Part shown: positions 54,676-58,890 of the stretch, one piece after another
How positions within the stretch are numbered: the first letter of the stretch is position 1
Layout of the letters: each line of letters begins with the position of its first letter
Made by a program: the position numbers and the translations under genes
Notes under the pieces: model-generated
Databases searched by the model: none
What the model saw: the letters and a program-made list of their open reading frames with translations, nothing else
What the model was told of the DNA's origin: nothing
Virus record (IMG/VR): IMGVR_UViG_3300044606_000078
Coordinates: 1 to 58,890 of that record
Strand: one strand, 5' to 3'
Source: a virus
Taxonomy: Duplodnaviria; Caudoviricetes
DNA length: 58,890 bases

Positions 54676-55058
54676 ACCGATTCCTCCCCCCTCACCGCAC
54701 GCAGCGCAGCGGATGCAACTCGCACAGCTTCGTATCCGAAATCGTTATTTTCCGGACGGAAGACGAAAGATGCCTTCCCCCCATCGACAAGCGTTTCTTT
54801 GACGCATACCTCACTCTGGGCAATCTGTTCAAGCGCCTCAATCGCCCCCGGAACGGCGGACATTCGGATATGGGCTTTGACGACTTCCCCCACATCCTCC
54901 TTGTATATGACGTATGTGCTCGACCGCCAGCACCCCAATTCTTCGGCGTCGAAAAACTCGCCCCATGTACCCGTAACGCAAAACCAGCCATTCGCGCCCC
55001 ACTCAGCGTTGTCGATGTAGACCAAGTCGTGGATCTTGATGTCCTCGAACCGTGTCAT
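54672..55058 (-). CDS. Hypothetical protein
   Basis: Coupled ORF with RBS. Confidence 0.55.
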   Translation of the reverse strand: MTRFEDIKIHDLVYIDNAEWGANGWFCVTGTWGEFFDAEELGCWRSSTYVIYKEDVGEVVKAHIRMSAVPGAIEALEQIAQSEVCVKETLVDGGKASFVFRPENNDFGYEAVRVASAALRAVRGEESV

Positions 55059-55118
55059 TACTCGCTCCTCCCGGAATGGAAAGGGGCGGTTTCCCGCCCC
55101 GTCTGCGCCACGCCGCTT

Positions 55119-56045
55119 TTATGCGGCCTTGCCGTTCTCGTCGGAGAGCGGAAGGGGATGCTCGGTCCCTTCGGCCGGTTCCTGTTCCTCGTCGCGCATC
55201 GGAAGGACGTCGATGATGTCCTTCTCGTCCTTCACGTTCGTCAGGTCGTCCTTCGTCGTCTCGTCCTGCGCCATCGCCATCATGACCTCGGTCGAAACCG
55301 GAAGATATTTCCAGATCGCCATAATGAGCGTCTTCTTCGCCATCGCCTCGAAGTCGGTTTTCCACGGCGAATTCGGGTCCTCGGTCTTCTCCTTCGTTTT
55401 GTAGTCCGTCTTCCAGAAGCTCTTGGAAAACTTCTTCGCGTGCGCGATGACCTTGGCGACCGGCCAGACCTCGAACGCATATCCGCCATTCGTCAGATTC
55501 GCGACGGCGTAGACGAACTTGGGTTCACCCCTGTCCTCTTCGAGCGATTCCTTATGGTCCAAGTCGGGATGCAGGCCCTTGGAATAGACGAAGTGGTCTT
55601 TCTCCCGCACCACGTCGGCGGCGATTCTCGCGACTTCTCGAGATCGCATGATCAGTGCGATAGCCCCGCGCCAGCCGATCTGGAACTGCGCTTCCGGCAC
55701 AGTCACCCACTCGTTGCCGACCTTTTTCCGGTTGTTGTACGGGATGATGTAGCACTGTCCGAGTTGCGGAGTAAGATCCAGCCCGAGCGAAGACGCCGTC
55801 ATGAGAGACGAGAGGATCGTCACCGGGCGGCACTGCTGGAGCTTCGGATTTGCGCTGAAGAGCGAAAGGCACTGTCGTGCGTACTTCTCCGCGTTCGCCT
55901 TGAGATGGACCGGGAGCGCGAGGGAAATTTCCTTTTGGAAGGATTCGAGCACCGTACCGAATTCCTTCTTGGTAACGACTCCGTTCTGTACTTTCGTCGC
56001 GAGCGCCTGCGTCAGTTTCGCGTTGTCGCCTGTAGCCGATGCCAT
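55119..56045 (-). CDS. recT: RecT-family ssDNA annealing recombinase
   Basis: NPKLQ.C...T, LGL.....LGQCYIIPY, AQFQIGWRG...L..RS, SPW.TDFEAMAKKT...KYLP.S.E. Confidence 0.93.
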   Translation of the reverse strand: MASATGDNAKLTQALATKVQNGVVTKKEFGTVLESFQKEISLALPVHLKANAEKYARQCLSLFSANPKLQQCRPVTILSSLMTASSLGLDLTPQLGQCYIIPYNNRKKVGNEWVTVPEAQFQIGWRGAIALIMRSREVARIAADVVREKDHFVYSKGLHPDLDHKESLEEDRGEPKFVYAVANLTNGGYAFEVWPVAKVIAHAKKFSKSFWKTDYKTKEKTEDPNSPWKTDFEAMAKKTLIMAIWKYLPVSTEVMMAMAQDETTKDDLTNVKDEKDIIDVLPMRDEEQEPAEGTEHPLPLSDENGKAA

Positions 56046-56047
56046 GT

Positions 56048-57028
56048 CTATGCAGCCTCCTTCTGTGCCTGGGGTTTGTACTTGAACAGGAACCTGCGCG
56101 AACCAGGCTTTAGGATCGAATACCGTTCCATCAGTTCGCGTTGCACCTTGTCGCCGTCCGGAATCAACCGCGCCATATCGGACATGACGCGTTCCAGATC
56201 GACCTTCACCGCGTCCTTGCTCTTCCTCCACGTCGCGATCCCCTCGATGCCCTGACGGTCGCCGATGATCTCCTGCAACCTCAGGATCAGCGCGTTTTCT
56301 CGCGACTCCGCTTCGCCCTTTTCCTGCCTCGCCACCTCAAGCTCGATCGCGAGTTGTTCCGCGATTTCGTCTGCAGGCACCATCTCTGCGTCCGAATCCT
56401 CCGGCCAGATCTCCGCAGCGTTGTCGGCGAAACCGATAGCCGGGGGTACATCTTTCAAGACGTGTTCCTCCCAGAACTCGCGCTCCTTTTCGACGATCTG
56501 CGAAATGAGCGCGTCGTTGCGTTCGACCTTCTTGAACAGGAACCGCTGCCCGCCGATCAGGACCGCGACCCAGCACGCTTCCCATCCCATGACCTCGATG
56601 TAGTGCTGAATCTGGAGGTAGTATTCGTCCGGGAGCTCGTCGTCCTTCCATTGCTCCGACTGGTATGCGGATGTCGTTTTGCATTCAAGCCCGACGTTCG
56701 CCCCGACCATCTCCCTGTCGACGTCGGCCAGCATCCACGGATACCTGGGATGCCGAAACATCGCATTCCGCTTCCTGACCCTGAGCCCGGTCCGTTTCGT
56801 GAACTCCTTTGCTACCACGTCTTCGAGCGTCGTTCCCCAATAGGCCGCTTCGCCGGGGTCCGAGCGTTCCAGAAGCCCTTTCTTTTCCATGTAGACCGTG
56901 AGGGGTCCGCGCCATTTCGATACGCCGCACACAGCAGCCGCGTCGCTGCCGCCTATGCCCCGCTTGCGCCACAAGAGCCAGTCCTCGCGCGGCATGTTCT
57001 CCGTGCGCGTCAAGATAATCGGTTTCAC
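56048..57028 (-). CDS. YqaJ-like viral recombinase exonuclease
   Basis: WL..R..GIGGSDAA, WG..LE..VA, PWMLADVD, LECKT, YYLQ.QHY. Confidence 0.93.
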   Translation of the reverse strand: MKPIILTRTENMPREDWLLWRKRGIGGSDAAAVCGVSKWRGPLTVYMEKKGLLERSDPGEAAYWGTTLEDVVAKEFTKRTGLRVRKRNAMFRHPRYPWMLADVDREMVGANVGLECKTTSAYQSEQWKDDELPDEYYLQIQHYIEVMGWEACWVAVLIGGQRFLFKKVERNDALISQIVEKEREFWEEHVLKDVPPAIGFADNAAEIWPEDSDAEMVPADEIAEQLAIELEVARQEKGEAESRENALILRLQEIIGDRQGIEGIATWRKSKDAVKVDLERVMSDMARLIPDGDKVQRELMERYSILKPGSRRFLFKYKPQAQKEAA

Positions 57029-57029
57029 A

Positions 57030-57302
57030 CTACGCCGCCTCCTCCGTCTCCATCCGAATAACCGGATGGACGATGTTGTACGCGAGATCCTTCACGCATT
57101 CGTCGATAGCGCCGTACGCGTCGCGTCTCGCGCACGCCGCCGAATCCGGCTCGTATCCGGCTTCGCAGTCCGCTTCCCTCTGACATCCGGAGCAAAGCCG
57201 GCCCAGAACGTCCTCCCAGATGGATTCGTGGATGCGCGTCGCCAGCTCGCTCGTTGCGCGGTCGGATTCGTTGCATGGGGATGATATAATGACGTCAGAC
57301 AT
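57030..57302 (-). CDS. Hypothetical protein
   Basis: ORF with RBS upstream of the exonuclease. Confidence 0.5.
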   Translation of the reverse strand: MSDVIISSPCNESDRATSELATRIHESIWEDVLGRLCSGCQREADCEAGYEPDSAACARRDAYGAIDECVKDLAYNIVHPVIRMETEEAA

Positions 57303-57654
57303 CCTCCGACGCCTCCTTTCGTTACAGCGGCCCCGAGCGGTTGCGCCCCGTTCGGGGCCTTTTCGTTCACCGCCGCGCCTCCCAGAACGGACACGAATCG
57401 TTTTCAGCCATGATTCCGCCGGTTATCTCAGCCTCCAGCGTCATGCCGAGCTTCGAGCTGTCGCAGTCGCCCCACGTCGTGCCGTAGCAATCCGGGGCAG
57501 CGTGCTTGCGCCACTTCCGGCATTCGGCGCACGTCATCGTTTCAGTCGCGACAGTCATAGCAGCCCATCCTGTACCGGAGCATGACGACGAAGGCGGCGA
57601 GCGGGAGAACCAGAATCAGCGAGACTATGAACCAGCAGGTGCGGAACATGTGGG

Positions 57655-57954
57655 TCATGCCGGATCACCTCCGCGTGCTTTCTTGCATTTGCCGAAGCAT
57701 GCCCGCTTTAGCTCTCTGACAATGGACTTGTTGAGCCGCGTTATGAGCTTGGTTTTTTCCTTGTCAGTGATGAGAGAAGAAAAAAACAGGTTGGTAATGC
57801 TTATCTTGTGGTCCTCCCATATTCGGGTGCTTTGCAACCACGGCTCTTGTCCCATCCGCTCAACAATGTCCGGGATCTGCACAAGAATCTGTTCGCTCAA
57901 GCTCGGAACCAGGGCCCCGAAGCGCAGCACGATTTCGTGCGGTATATCGCTCAT
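57655..57954 (-). CDS. Hypothetical protein
   Basis: Coupled ORF. Confidence 0.55.
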   Translation of the reverse strand: MSDIPHEIVLRFGALVPSLSEQILVQIPDIVERMGQEPWLQSTRIWEDHKISITNLFFSSLITDKEKTKLITRLNKSIVRELKRACFGKCKKARGGDPA

Positions 57955-58223
57955 GCCGTCCTCCCCTCCGCCTTGGCAATGGCGGCCTTCGTAAGAGCCA
58001 GCGCGTATAGACGCTTCTCGGTCCCAGGGTTCGGATCATCCAATACCATCATGTTGTATTTCAGCGCGGCGAGCATGTCAGGGGCGGCGGTGTATAAATC
58101 TGCATTTTCCTCGTCGATCAGTTGGTCTCCGGCTATTGCCTCTGTCCAAGGCCCGTCATGTTTTCTGCCGTACCGCAACAGCTCGTAGAGCGCACTTCGT
58201 TCCGGCCCCGGCGTGTGCGTCAT
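57951..58223 (-). CDS. Hypothetical protein (HTPGP family, paralog of 54331-54675)
   Basis: MTHTPGP...AAPDMLAALKYN.MVLDDPNPG.EKRLYALALTKAAIAKAEG. Confidence 0.7.
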   Translation of the reverse strand: MTHTPGPERSALYELLRYGRKHDGPWTEAIAGDQLIDEENADLYTAAPDMLAALKYNMMVLDDPNPGTEKRLYALALTKAAIAKAEGRTA

Positions 58224-58833
58224 TACCTCTTCCCTCCGTTCCTCATGTACGACAGCGCCCGTGTCAGGTCCAGACTGGAGCGCTTCGCGGCGGCGTATGC
58301 GGCGCAATAAAAATGGTCCCCGTGTCCTGTTTCCAGTGCAAATATAGCCTCGTTGCATTTGGAGACAAACCGTTTGGCTTCCTGCTGCGCCTCTTTGATG
58401 CGGACTATCATTTCGTGCTCATTCGCTCCGACCTTGGCGAATTCGCTCATGCCGTCCTCCCCTCCGCCTTATATTCCACAAGCTCAAAAACAAAACCGCA
58501 TTCCTTACATGCCACGCACCCGTATCCTTCGCGCCGATTAAAGGTCCAGCAATTCGGACACGGCCCTCTTTTGCCGTCATTCATTATTCCGCATTCCGCC
58601 TCTACCTCTCGTTGCGGACATTCCGCAATATTACACGGCTCACAAATTCCAGAGAGATTCCCGCCAGACCCGAGCCATCGCAACGGATCGATTCTTCGTG
58701 CCATTGCTGTTTCCGTCATGCGCAATAGACATAGCGCGGAGGGCGTCATCGTTTCCATGCGAAGGCATGTCCCGCCGGGATGATAGTTAAGCGATTCCGG
58801 GATATGCCTATATTTGCAGTCATCGGGGTTCAT
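58223..58833 (-). CDS. Two hypothetical proteins (58223-58450 and Cys-rich 58447-58833)
   Basis: Coupled ORFs. Confidence 0.55.
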
Positions 58834-58835
58834 AC

Positions 58836-58890
58836 AGTCCTACCCTCCGCCTTCTCGATAACCCCCGCATCCCGCAGCCGTTTCAGCACT
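58836..58890. repeat. 55-bp terminal direct repeat (copy 2)
   Basis: Identical to 1-55. Confidence 0.95.

Noticed and set aside
54669-56255. 528-aa + strand ORF opposite recT
   Set aside because: It is the antisense shadow of GC-biased genes and has no recognisable domain.
54372-58090. Duplicated segment as a DGR template/variable repeat pair
   Set aside because: There is no reverse transcriptase in the genome, and the mismatches are not confined to adenines of one copy.

Overview
This window is a complete circular phage genome of about 58,835 bp. The first and last 55 bp are identical, and a minus-strand gene reads in frame across the join. It is a GC-rich, temperate, siphovirus-like phage. 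Structural modules include PBSX-type TerS/TerL, a DUF4055-like portal, a MuF head protein, a P22-like coat, a lambda-like tail with a -1 frameshifted chaperone, and a two-enzyme lysis cassette. Other modules include a CI/Cro/antirepressor switch, YqaJ/RecT, SSB, a replisome organiser, ThyX and dUTPase. I see no integrase, but there is a parA plus repeat-laden rep-like locus and a small serine resolvase, so a plasmid-type prophage is likely. A SYNERG-CTERM-like sorting signal suggests a Synergistota host. The top finding is a 301-aa intein in the MuF gene whose interior is double-coded: the antisense strand carries a consensus TTGACA-N18-TATAAT promoter, a GGAGGT RBS and a 268-aa HTH plus Vsr/DUF559-like endonuclease gene. 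Other highlights: 18 co-oriented CATGTGTCC motifs over 4.4 kb, an AcrVA2/FinQ-like gene ending a probable anti-defence island, a promoter- and terminator-bounded structured RNA next to rep, a probable -1 frameshift in cro, and an AT-rich palindromic island before terS. All family assignments come from motif recognition by eye, not database searches.
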